A stretch of 63,227 nt of DNA, filler included, from Choristocarpus tenellus KU-1152 (Eukaryota > Protista > Phaeophyceae), in NCBI GenBank assembly GCA_964200185.2. It is 11 parts of 11 records of this genome, joined end to end, with 100 filler letters (N's around TTAATTAATTAA, not from the genome) between each part and the next. Parts side by side here need not be neighbours in the genome. Positions count along the whole stretch, not along the records: positions 17,945 to 25,453 come from CAXNAD020006045.1; positions 25,554 to 40,274 come from CAXNAD020001128.1; 9 more parts are not named here. One strand, 5' to 3'. Position numbers and translations under genes: made by a program. The notes beneath the pieces are model-generated. The model did no database searches, was not told the origin of the DNA, and saw only the letters and a list, made by a program, of their open reading frames with translations. Below, one piece after another: positions 24,001-36,400 of the stretch. Numbering within the stretch: the first letter of the stretch is position 1; every line of letters begins with the position of its first letter.

Positions 24001-24786
24001 TGCTGCAAGATACATGGTCTCTTGCAAAGGGCTACAAGACTGGCCTTTGTCCTCTCAGGCCCACCACCCCCGCATGTATCAAGTGTCATCACCAATCCCT
24101 TGGTAGCTGCAGCTCTTCCCAATAGCACACACCTCTTGGCAGGATGGGCAATGCTGGATAGCTGGGTTCAGCTGTACCCTAGCCAGGAGAAGGTGAACGT
24201 TGAGATTAAGGGGGTGACTTCATGGGCTTAGGTGTAGGTTTTCCTTGACTGGGTGAAGTATCAGAGTATGAGGGTTAGATTAGGATTAGGGATTTGGTTG
24301 ATCGCTCTGACTGGGAGGCAATGTATATAGGCAATTTGAGTCAGGGTATCATTTTCGCCAAGGGCAAGGTTTAGGGTTAGGGGATAGGGTGTAGAATGTT
24401 GGGTTGTAACCGTTTGGTTGGGATTGAGATGAGGACCAAGGTTTGTGTTATGATGTTTTTTTAAGGGCACTTTTTGTAACAAACAAATTGAGAACATTCT
24501 TGTATCAGGGTTCTTTTTCATAGTTGAACCTTTGTGCTCACTTGTTCTGAATGGTGTTAAGTGAACCCAAGTTATTGGTGTGAGAAAGGGTATGTTTTTT
24601 TTAATCAGTGTGATTGTTGTTCATTTGATGATCGCAATTGCTGCAATTTCATGGTATTGTTAATTAACCCTCTTTTTGTGTTGATGTCTTGCTCACAATC
24701 CCCTTACCCTCACTAATACCTGTCAGGCGGTGCATCGGCGCCATCACCGTCGAGGGGGGAGGAGAGTTACACACGCACAGGATAAG
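18053..24786 (+). CDS. Uncharacterised multi-exon protein (partial), with a TPR-like helical segment
   Basis: Phase-compatible GT-AG exons 18053-18207, 20638-20706, 21312-21472, 22478-22617, 23131-23357, 24010-24192 and 24727-24786 give one stop-free frame, e.g. AEESFSAALTHYRSSDNVYCQ|AKCMARIVEMHLSRVF..., LLLILTLLNAAEVNWLQG, IHGLLQRATRLAFVL. Confidence 0.7.
19097..19169 (+). tRNA. tRNA-Ala (anticodon AGC)
   Basis: GGGGGATTAGCTCAAATGGTAGAGCGCTTCCTTAGCATGGAAGAAGTAGTGGGATCTATGCCCACATTCTCCA folds as a 73-nt cloverleaf. It has the G3:U70 Ala identity pair, discriminator A and a downstream T7 Pol III terminator. Confidence 0.92.
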
Positions 24787-27049
24787 GTGAGAGGAGGGGG
24801 GGGGGAAGGAGGGTTTAGGTCAATGGTATGTTGTACCCCAGGGACTGTGCATTGGTTGCACAATGCTGAAGGTGAGAAGATGATGTTTGCTGCCCTTGAG
24901 AGACCATTTAACTGCCTGGCAACATTAAGAAAACTCTTGGACAATTGCCTGCTACATGTTCTGTGTGTTGACCATGGAGCCATCAGTTTTCATGTCTGCT
25001 GTGGATTACAGAGCTTTCACATCTCTTGAGGACTGATCAACTATTGAAATGTCCTTGGCATTATGGTGTGTAAACATGCTTCCCAGGCCTTTTGTTTCGT
25101 TGTTCATATTGACGATAGCATCTTGAGGTATCTTGACATATCTTGAGGTACACACTTTTCAAGAACAAAAATATTCCGTGTCTAACATACCCCTCCCTTT
25201 GAATCTCTCTTGCAATGTCTTTGCTGGCCTGACTCTCAGCAGCACTCGGGACAACCAGTTTCAAGGTCAGGGTCGCCAACTAGGCCAGGCACCACCATGG
25301 GATTGGGGATGCCCAGCCCTCGGTTGCCGTCAACAGTCCCAACACTCATCACAACAGTTTCAGAGGGTTCAGAGATTTCTTCTTCCACATCTGGAAACAG
25401 GCCACCTACATCTGATTGGGTGGGAGGGCATAGGTGAGAGGTGGAGATGCACCNNNNNNNNNNNNNNNNNNNNNNNNNNNNNNNNNNNNNNNNNNNNTTA
25501 ATTAATTAANNNNNNNNNNNNNNNNNNNNNNNNNNNNNNNNNNNNNNNNNNNNTTGGCTTGGTCGAGGTCGCTTCCAAATCGTCGTGGTGCCCTCCACAA
25601 GCACCGAAATATTTTGACCAAAATTATATCCCATTCGTAGCGGGGCCCTTCAAAAATGCCGCAACATTTACAAAAAAAAACATATGGGCACTTTCCGCGC
25701 ACCATTCCGGGTCTCGCTCATCCTCAATAAAAAGCTCCATCCTCATTTTGGTGATCGGCTGTTTTTATTAAGTTGTAGCGAAGAGTGAGACCTATCCATA
25801 AGGGGGGGTAGTTCCTAGTTTCCATAATCACGTTTTTACCCAATTCGGTGTATCACTGATAAAACATTTCCGAAAATGTTTCTTCAACATCACTATATTC
25901 CAATTTCCTGATCCATCACTAATCTTCCGTACTACACACATTATCTTGCTACATACTCCATATAAATGTAACATAATTGCTTCTTCATCTGAAAAATCAA
26001 ATAGTCAAAAACTCATTACAGTCCTCACATGATACATGAAACTATAGCAATTGAGAGACTTGGTGTGAAAATCCGCGTGTTACTCCTCAGACCCCACATG
26101 CACAACCTCTATGATTTTATCCCTAACATAACTGCCTAAGAAAATGATGGCGTACATCAATATGCTTTGTCCTAAATCCATTCATTGGGTTTTCAGACAG
26201 CTTTACTGCACTCTCATTATGTTGAAACCCGGTTTCTTATGAGTTGTGTGTTGTTGCGATGTGTCTGGTTTGTGACAAAGGAGATAGTAGCGTAACAAAG
26301 CACTGATGAATTTGTTCTGGTAGGTGTGATGACATGTTGTATTCAGTTAGACAGTGTTCGATGTGAACGTATGTTTGGTTGTGCTGTGATTAACTTTTTT
26401 AGAGACAAATGTGTGTCACAGTGGAACAAGACACCTGCAGGTTCGGTCTGGCTGGTGCGTCTGAAGGGATGTCTTACTCAATCAGACTTTGGTTGGAGTG
26501 AAATGGGCACTGGTATGTCTGTGGCATGTTTTACTCAAGCAGATTGTGATTGATAGAAACTGTGTGGTCATTCATTGAGACACTCAGATGAAGAAATTCA
26601 TCCTCTGTGAAGAAGGTTGTCACCTTGGTAGAGAAGGGTTTCGAAGGGTTTTTTTAAACTCTGTTTATATTGCATCCTGGTGTGTGTCTTATACGTGTTG
26701 CAGAGTGATGGGATGTCTTACGAGGGGGCAATGCCAGTCAAGTAAAAAATAAGAATCAGCACATGCTATGCAACTGATAGCTTGTGTGAAAAAGAAGTAA
26801 CATGAGGAAGAAAGAAGTCAAGCTTGAATCCATATCTAACATAACTACTGTCACACATAGTATGCCTGTATGAGTGATAGTTAGGGACTGTTCCTATATT
26901 TCCTATATACTGTAATCTTCTGAGTGAGTTATGGTGATGAGCTAATGAGCTAATGAGCTAATGATGTAATTGAGAATAGTGACCATTGCAATGGACAAAT
27001 TAACGTTCAGTAGAGACTGACGATTCTGTATCGTATCAAGGCAAATCGC

Positions 27050-29300
27050 ATGAGTAGCATATGTTTTTACACATTATCCTCATACATCAAAGTTCAGCAA
27101 GTTGTCCTCTCCAGGTTTTCAAACTCCAATACCTGTGTCAAGGAGAGTACTTCCTTAGCTATGTCGCTTAAAGTCACATACTCAGCTTCTGTCATGGACA
27201 GAGCCATCACCTTCTGAATCCTAGAAAACCACGAAAATGCTACACTTCCAATGGCAGTCAATCCCCCAGATACAGATCTCCGTTGGTCCAGATCAGATGC
27301 ATAGTCTGCATCAGCAAACACGTCCAGTCGCTTTTTCACCTTTCCGTTGTATGTAATGCCAGTCCCCATTATATGACTCACATACCCCAAAATCTGTTTA
27401 ACAGCTTCCCTATACCTCTGTCCTTGGTTACCGCTAAATCTTGCGACAGTCATTACTATGTTGACAATATCTGGTCTGGTCATGTCACCAACCAGATAAA
27501 TAACCCCACTGCTTCCCTGTATGGAGTAGATGGGTCCACCTTCACACATGAATCCTTCTAGGACAGATTCCCGGTTTTAGATCCAGGCATATCATATTCT
27601 TTGATGATCTTGAACCGTTTCACCAGACCTTCCACGTTAACTTGCTGATCAATCTTCAGAATCCTCATATCATGGTCCCGCGTAATACAGCATCCCATAC
27701 ATAACTTTACATCCCCCAAATCCTTCACAGGGAATTCCTTGTTCAGAGCTTCCACCACCATCCTGCCCTTCTGCTGCAAGCGATCAGCCATCAACAGATC
27801 ATCCACATGTGTGGCTATCAGCACACTTCTAATACACCATTTTCAACTAGATGAAGCAAACAGGGGTTAACCTTGCATTGCTCGAAACCTAGTCCCTTCC
27901 TTGAGAGTTCCAACTAGTTTGAGATGCCAGTTGTGCGATGCTTGTACCAAGCCATACAAAGATCTCTTGAGGATTCCTATCATTCCTGGAGCTGCTGTCA
28001 CATCCTCTAGTTGTTCAATGTGAATATCCTCCTTGACATCCGCGTGTACAAAAGCCTGTGTAGAATCCACTCACCACTGGTATTATGAGATCATTCAAGT
28101 CATGGTTCCCTCAATTGTCAACGAATCAGACTTGACAATACTGTGTTGCCCTGACGTCTTGCAGAGGGTTTGAAGAGAACATAGTTTGTAGGCTAGTGTG
28201 GGTACTACAACAACCTTCATGGTCACACTGTACTCCGCTTCCTTGTCTGCTGGCGTCAGCACCATCTCCATCCAGGTCTTTCCAACATTGTCGTGTTCCC
28301 TATTCATCTCCGACAATCACCTTTTCTCCACTGCTATTGTTCTTCCAACCTCATGAACTTGTCATGTGACCACATGCACCAGTGTCAAAAATCCATTTTT
28401 CAACATCTGTTGGTTTCACCATTTCGCAGGTTGACTTTTTGGTCACTACAAGCGCTCCTACCCTACGTTGGTGTCTCCTGCCAACATTTGTACCACGCGA
28501 AGCAGGATCTTGAGTGCTCTTGCTTCCATTGTTACCATCATCTGCCCCACCACTGCCAGCAGCACCTCCACCAGCAGTATCACCGCGATCTCCCGAGCCC
28601 CAATGTCATTCACAGCATGTTTCTGCCAAATCCCCTGTCTTCCCATAGATGTTACATTCCTTGTGCTTAGTGGGACATTTATTGCTGTAATGCCCCTTCT
28701 TGCCACAGGTGTAGCATTTCATCTGCTCCGACCATTGTGCCACATTCTGCCTCCTGGTGGCCAAAGCTGCCATCGTCCTCCCCTGATGGACAGCTATTCC
28801 TGTTTTCAACTGGTGAAATCTGTTTGTAAGTCCCTGTTCCAACTTTGTCCTCATTAGAGTTGTTGCTCTCATTAGCAACATTTGTCGTTTTAGCTCATGC
28901 TCTTCTGGTAGTCCACCCAGAATAGTCACATTGAATTCCTCATCGCTGATCATTGGCCCCATTAAAGTTAGCCTCTTACCCAATCGACAGGCTTTCAGGA
29001 TATATGTTTGGGGTTCCTCCCCAGGTCCAAGCTTCATGGACCGGAACTCCTCGCAAACCTGAACTCTCTCATCCAAACTTTGAAGTATAAGGTTCATAAT
29101 ACTCGCACAATGTCTCCATGGCGGTTCTGGGTCCCTTGTGCTAAATCGCAATCTCCAGCGCCATTCCCTTACAACCATTGACAAGTGTCATCCTTCCCCT
29201 GTTGTAAATATCCCAATCATCAGTGCTCCCTCGATCTGCTTCTTCCTGCACATGGTCCAGCTCCCCACTGAAAGCTGCAATGTCCTGGTCGTCCCTATAA
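27050..29300 (-). mobile_element. Degenerate, internally deleted Ty1/copia retrotransposon (gag, RT, RNase H)
   Basis: gag-like ORF 29184-28606 has the zinc knuckle CYTCGKKGHYSNKC. RT motifs are QAFVHADVKEDI, LKRSLYGLVQA, HVDDLL and KDLG. RT/RNase H motifs are TRPDI, FADADYASDLDQRRSVSG and ALSMTEAEY. Integrase is not recognisable. Confidence 0.9.
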
Positions 29301-29319
29301 GAGGTCAGAAACAAGTTCT

Positions 29320-29578
29320 GAGTGAAAGTATCTTAGAGGGTATGAGTTTTTCCCTGTTTGTACATTTGGAGCTTGGCTTCCCAGGGGTGTTAAATGACAT
29401 TTTAGCTACTCCAAAATGTTTCAGAGTAGGTAAAATATTTATGTTATGAAAAGGTGTGTCCGGAATAAGGATACTGAAATCTCCTAATAAACATGATACC
29501 CAAAATTACATCAAAATCGCAACATTAGATTTTGGCCCCCAAGTGGACGCAGCTCTACCCTCTAAGATACTTTGACTT
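29320..29578 (-). mobile_element. MITE family 1, full copy
   Basis: GAGTGAAAGTATCTTAGAGGGTA ... TACCCTCTAAGATACTTTGACT. Confidence 0.88.
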
Positions 29579-29997
29579 TTTCCCCATGCAATGCACTCTT
29601 CTGTCTCACCATTCCACATGGGTACCTCCAATCTGTACATCGAATCCCTGCTCCTCTGCAAGGGTTGTGTTTGCACCTGCTGTTCCTATTGTTCCAGCTG
29701 CCCTATCGCAGTCTGTGCAGCTTCCAATGGCCAAGGCCACACTTTCCCCTAGATGCGCCTTGACCCTCCCTTGAACGACTTTACTCAATTTCTGCCACCA
29801 TGTCTTGGTTACCCCCTGAAGCCAAGACGTCCCTGACTCTTCCTTCTGCTGCTTCCTTAAATCAAGCAATTCAAGTAGTACCTTTTTAGTCCATAGTGCA
29901 ATACACGGAAGATAGCTTGTTTTAAAACGTGTTCGCATCCTGCCAAGGAGTTTGGTGCTTCACCAAGAAGATGGTGATGTAGAATGTGCTTAATTAA

Positions 29998-30097
29998 GTT
30001 ACTGCGAAGAGTGAGACCTATCGATTCGGGGGGGGTAGTTCCTAGTCTCCATAATCATATTTTTTTTTGCAATTGGTGTGTCACTGATAGAAACAAC
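29998..30097. repeat. ~100-bp dispersed element flanked by TTAA
   Basis: TTAA|GTT...ACAAC|TTAA. A homologous copy begins TTAA|GTTGT at 25768-25776 (shared GCGAAGAGTGAGACCTATC, GGGGGGGTAGTTCCTAGT, TCACTGATA). Confidence 0.5.
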
Positions 30098-30781
30098 TTA
30101 AGTCCGCCGTTGCCACTAATGTCACCGACCTGGTCACCACACCACCCATGCTAATCCCCCAACTGTCCTTCTGTCCCCACTCAACGACCATCCTGTGCCC
30201 CCACCCCACCACCATCCCATGCCCACTCCCTGACACATGGTGTTCCTACCACATGGGATCCTCACACACTGATCAATAATACTGAGCACAGCATCAGCAT
30301 GTTCGCCACCCATCTGTCCCTCACCCACCTACTCTATCCCCACCTACTCCCAATCAGACTACTACTAGCTCCATCGCTACCTCAGTTCCACCAGACGGCT
30401 GGGGTCTAGATGCTCATGGCCACTATTCCTTCTGCTTCTCCACTATCACGTCCACACCCACCTTTCCCACCACCACAACCAACCACTCCCCCAGTACAAA
30501 GACACACCCACCCCTGACCTTATCTCATCATAGTCCATTCGGACTGCACTGCCCACATTGCCGATCCCTCCCTTATCCACACCATTGCACACAAAAAACA
30601 CGTGTCATTCAATTCAGGTTTTAACAACTTCTAAGTGACAATCTTCTTCAAAGAAGAATAGGCTATTTTGGTCTCCGGGGAAGGAAGGGGGAATTTGTCT
30701 AGAAAGGAAGAAGGACGCAAAACGTCGGAAGCCCGAGAATGCCTGGAGAAGAGCAATGAAGAGAGGGAGGAGAAGAATGAC

Positions 30782-31010
30782 GAGCCGAAGCATTTAAGAG
30801 GGAAGGGCCACGTCCGTTCGGGATCATAAATCCAATGTTGCGCAATTTTGATGAATTTTGACTATCATGTTCGTTAGGAAGTAAAGGTGTGTCTGGAACA
30901 AGGATATTGACACTTCCTAACCAACAAAATAGCCAAAGTTACATCAAAATCACAACATTGGATTTTGGTCCCCAATGCACACGACTCTACCCTCTAATAT
31001 ACTTTGACTA
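30782..31010. mobile_element. Palindromic MITE family 1 variant built from two left halves
   Basis: A diverged left arm (30782 to ~30882) is joined to a reverse-complemented left arm (~30883-31010). No right-arm sequence is present. Confidence 0.7.
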
Positions 31011-32219
31011 ACTGAACCGGTACATGCTATGCTATTGCAAGGTAACCTTCTTATGGTCAGATGAAGCGACCTCTGACTTCATGGGCTTCCTGGTCTCAAT
31101 TATTATATCTTGACTCCTCAGTCTTTTTTTGGCTGAGAGGTGTTTGAGGAAAAGAGGGGCCTAATACACTGTCCAATACTGACCACTGTAGTGCAGATTA
31201 TGATTTTTTCAAACATACATGCGGCTTTCACTAGATGGAGCTGTGAATGGTCTGGATTGTGAAAAAGAAAATTGCTATCTGGTCACTGACTAGTTAGTAA
31301 GTCTCGGTCAATTGTCTAGGTCTCGGTGTACTTTGTATGGCTGGTGAAGAGCAAAAACATGAGAACCAACCCCACCCTGGCTGGTGTGGGCCCCAGTTTC
31401 AGGGAGAATGTTTTTGTCCTGTCTCCTGTATTGCTTCAATTCTCTGAGAAAAAAACACCCCAGCAGAAAGCAAGAGATAGTATTCATTACCTCATTGATA
31501 TGACCCGAATGGGTCTATTGTGCGTTAGAGTTGTCATAGGATAACTTCATCAATTGCTCTTTAATTTCGGATAGAGAACATCTGGTGATTAACGGGTGGC
31601 AGCTGATTAAAAGCACTGCTACTTATAATCCTGTTTCATGGTTATGGTAATTTTTCATCACAATAGCCTGAGAGGTCTCAGACCTCCGGTCAAAAAGATA
31701 GTGCATAGAAGGCAATAAGGACTAAAAAACTAAGAAAATCAGTCAAGAAAAAGAGAAGAAAAGCACAATTTACAACTTCCCTTGTGTTGTGTTGTTGTAT
31801 ATGTATGTACATTCTCTCCATCAGCGACATCTTAAGAATGATACAACCATGTGGTACAATACAATACAGTAATAATAGAAGTAATAAAATGATATTGATG
31901 ATGAATCTATCCCCACTCTTCACAGCCTACCCCTCAACCTCATATTTTCAGTGTTCTAGATGATATTTATGAGCAATAGTCCATCTCAGATACTGCCACA
32001 GGAGTTTGTATCTCTGGCGACGGAGAAAGAGCACGAAAAAGGAGAGTTGTAAGTTTAGATTTCAAGCCTCCAGACAAGCCCTATTCCCCTTTCCAGTCAA
32101 ATGACCTTTTTCTTCCATACTGCGCTACACATTACTCAGTGATGGGCGTGTGGTAAGTGCACATTCCCTCATATGTCCAACACTAGTCTGAATTTTTTTA
32201 TATATGTAAGGAGTATTAC

Positions 32220-33000
32220 GTGAAGTGTCAGGTACACATTGCTTGGATGGACCCAATACCCTTTGTTTGATTGTTTCATCCACCCAATTATCCGCAAAAT
32301 ATCCATAAAATATCAGTGGTTGGTTGAGAGACAAGACTTTTTTTGAGGAAGGTGTCAGTTACACATTTTCTTCAATGGGTCCGAAAGCACTATTCAACCC
32401 TTTCACACCCCCAAGAACAATTTTGTATACGCACCATGAGTTAGACACCACTACATTGGATCCAAGAACATTGTCAGTTTCCCCTAATATCCACTAAATA
32501 AAATAATAATGCCAATGGTGAATTGAACAGCAACATTTTGAACAATTTGAATAAGCATCAGTTGCACATCGCTTGGATGGATCCAAAACCATTGTTTGAC
32601 AATTTCACTCCCAATGATATCTGCAAAATATCTGCAAGATCGCAATGGTGACTTGAGTGACAAAATTTTGAAGTATTTTGCGTAAATGTCATTTACTCAT
32701 TACTTGGATAGACCCCAAACCGTTGTCTGACCCGTTCCACGCACCTAACAACTGCCCGAAATCCATAGGATATCAATGATGAGTTGAGCCGCAACATGTT
32801 TGAAGTATGTTTGCATAGGCATCCGATACTTATTGCTTCAATGGATCCAAAACTGTTGTTTGCCAGTTTCACACCCCCAACAACTGCACATTGTCCGTAC
32901 CAATGGTGGCATTATGGGCAATATTTGGAAGAAATTTGCATAAGAGTCAGTTACACGCTGCTTCAACAGGTCCAAAACCGTTGTTGTATATATCTAATAC
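32220..33000. repeat. Degenerate tandem array, ~130-bp unit, about 6-7 copies
   Basis: The core TCAGTTACAC...CTT(G/C)(G/A)ATGG(A/G)TCCAAAAC recurs near 32242, 32370, 32455, 32572, 32703, 32836 and 32961. Confidence 0.7.
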
Positions 33001-33499
33001 CTCAAGCTGATCGGTACCTTGTTTGGAAAGTGAGGGTGCACTCGATTTTTGACAACGGAATCGGATCCCCATATTGTATCAATATCGATTCATCTCCTTG
33101 ATTGTTTTGCTCCCAACTGTAACATGTGACTGGGTGGCAATGGCACATATTCATCAACTGACATGCCCTGTTGTCTACACCATCCTTGAGACCTGATCTA
33201 GCGAGTGTAGTCGCTAAAAAAATCCTCATAGGTGCAGAGGCAGTGTAACCCAAAGATGCAGCTGGTGTATCTGCCAATGTCGACAATTCATATTCTTGAT
33301 GCACAATCCATTTGTTGGACGCTGCCTCACCTCCTTCATGAATGGTGTGCTGCCTAGAGGGTGTCTCCACGTAATCAAGCTCAAGGAAACTTCCTGGAAG
33401 CATGGGAGGAATGGGAATGAGCAAAAAAAAAACTGCCCACAGACACCCAAAATTCTGCTTTCAAGAGGGTGTTGAAGAAGACTGGTTAACAGCTCAAAC

Positions 33500-36400
33500 G
33501 GGTGAGGGTGTCTGACTTGCAGGAGTTTCCTCGACACATATATTAGGAAGATCAGAACTTTGATTGCCTTGGCGACCAAGCTGGTTTGTACCAACACATG
33601 AAAGGCTTCAATGTTGAGAAAACCAGAGAAAGACTCTCTCAGCACATTCATGATGAGTCTGGAGTCAACATGTGGATGGGGAAAACCCATTTAGAGCAGT
33701 TGCAAGGAGGACTCAAACCTGCCAAGAGAATGATAATATACTGTAGCCCAATCCACTTACATTATCAAAAGTACAAAGCAGTATCCCACCAGTGCCTGTT
33801 TGGTGTGTCCCTAATGTCTGGAATCCATTCATACAGAAAGAATAGAATTATGTCTCTATTGACCATGCTCGTTGCACACATATGCGGTGTGTCTCATGTG
33901 ATGGATAACAAAACCTATCACCCTGATATTTGTTTTGGCTCATTGTATGAGCACCTTCTTCTTGCTCTTGTGCATGTAATTGTTGTTGAGGTGCATACAT
34001 ATGAACAGGTTCTATTTGTGTTTTTGCAGTTTTTGTCTGTTGCCATCACGACAGTGCATATATCTTCCTCTTGTGATGTTATGCTTGTGTTGTTAGTTTC
34101 CAATATTGTACGGGTTCTCTATTTATATTTCAATCTTCACTCAACATTACAGCAACAACTTTCCATACCAAAACAGTTTAATTCCAAGGCACACAAAAGG
34201 ATTCAGGTTAGTTGTCATTTGTACCTGATATCAACAAATGAAGTGTTCAATGCGAATATCCACATCATGTCCATCATGTTTTTACAGATCCCTGAAGTAG
34301 TAGTGGTTGGTGTTAACCTGTCCATCTGAATACATGAAGGAAACCCTACCCCCTATTTATGTCCTCAACAGGCTCCACTTAGAGACCATGATATTGAAAA
34401 GGTAATTTTGTCACCTTCACATGTGGTTGTCGAGGTTCCCAGTATTGGGACTATCAACACAAGGGCGCAGATGCTTTAAAAAAGTCACTACTTGTATAAT
34501 TTTTTTCTAACCGCCAAATGGTGGCTACGTTCCAACATGAAGTTGAGCTAAAATCCTCGAGTGGCGACTTTCTTTGTTCACAATTTTTTTTTTGTCTCAC
34601 ACTTGACCCGTCACTGAAGCCCCTGAGACCAATGAATTCTCAAACACAACATGTCCATTGAGTCACACTGTAATTTTTGTGGATGACAAAGCCTCTTTTT
34701 TTGTAGAAGTATATCTGGTACAAAAAGGATATATAATTTATGACACTACAGAGACCCCAACTTTCTCAAGCTCAAATGCGGAACATTAAAATAGGCCAAG
34801 AATATGTGAAGGAGAAGAGAATGTCCTACTATTCACTAAACATATTCCACCCTCCTACTATTTTATCCGAGTTAGTGACAACTGCAAATTTCCGCCTCAC
34901 TTTCCTACATCTTAGTTTGCCCCTTTCCAATAACAACACGCTAGCTAACCCTGGAATTTTCTGCTTGGGTGCTTCACCCACCCCCCCTGCCTTCGCTCTT
35001 TGATGTGGTCAAGTCTCACCTTTATCATTCTTGTGGCGAAATTGTGTCCAATTTTCTCAGGTATCTTCGAGCCATACGGGTGCCACACACAACAAACTTG
35101 GTTGCCCAAATTACATTTCGGTTTCAAATTGCTCAGTTCGTGGAGCTCTGACGACCTCCTTGAGAGAAAATGATTTCCATATGCTGCCAGAGTGCTGTCG
35201 ACAATCCACTCATCCAGCCCGTTTGCCTGCAGCAACTTGTACTACATATTATTTCTTGCATTCTGTACCAGAGGCACACCTACTGACAATTGGCATTACT
35301 CTGTCGGTTTACACATGTTTGAATCTATCTAGTATTTATTCACATCCACTCTATTGAACAAACCTTTACACCTCCAAATTCCACTCTGCTTTTCACTTCA
35401 AAATTACTTCGATGTGCCTTGACCTTGTCACACCAACACCGTTGTCTTCCTACCACCGAGATTATATCATTACGTAACCTGCACTTCAATATTTTGCCCC
35501 TCCAAGTTTGTTTGTCTTTCATATCGCCGATAAACTACCACCCATAAATTCTTGTGTATACACATTGGACTAAAGGTTTGATACACGAGGAGTCTTTGAG
35601 TGTGTGTGTGCACATGCATATGAACAAGAAGGATGTGGTATGTGCAGCCTCTTTTCCATTGGGTGCTTGCTCCTTCCATTGACTCAATGTTTCCTGCATG
35701 CAGCAGGTTGTTCATTTTGTGCGTGCTGCCGGGGGGAGCTTCAAAATTTGTCTTTGACTCAACACAGGATTGCCCCATTTTCGACCTCTCTATTTTCCTT
35801 GGAAGAACCTGTGTTTTGAATGCCACATTTACTAATATAGACACACATGTGCTTCTGCGGGTTGGCGATGACCTTGGGAATTGTACACCTCGGTTGGACA
35901 CAAAAGTCTGTTCAAGTAACCACCAAGGGTTAGTTGTGTCCTATTTGTGCTGACATTTTACCTTAAAAAACAAATATAGATCCAATCTCAGTGTCTCTTC
36001 AATGGGTGAGAAGGTGAAATCGACTGTGGTGAATAATTCTTGCTATGTCCACGATGCTGTCCTGAAGGGGTTCAGTGAGGGCAAGGACATCATCAAGGCA
36101 GACACTGCAGATGGAAGACATCCAGATTCCTGAGAAGAGGAAAGCTATGTTTCTCTATAATGTTGATGCAAAGGGCTGGAATGATATTCCTTATTATGTT
36201 ACAACCTCTGGCACATGTTGACAGAGTCCTTCCTTTATGTCCTGGGTGACTGGGAGTAGATTGTTAAGTTCGAGGAAGGTGTATATGCTGATGAATATTG
36301 GGGTCGTTTGGAATTCAAGAACGAATAGTTTTTATAGCCAATTTGATTTCAACACATTTTATGCATGCATTCTCTTCTTCAGGGCAAGTGCTATTAGTGT

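Noticed and set aside
33586-34329. Longest ORF in the track (247 aa, plus strand)
   Set aside because: No recognisable motif; the interpretable fragments in this region are on the minus strand.
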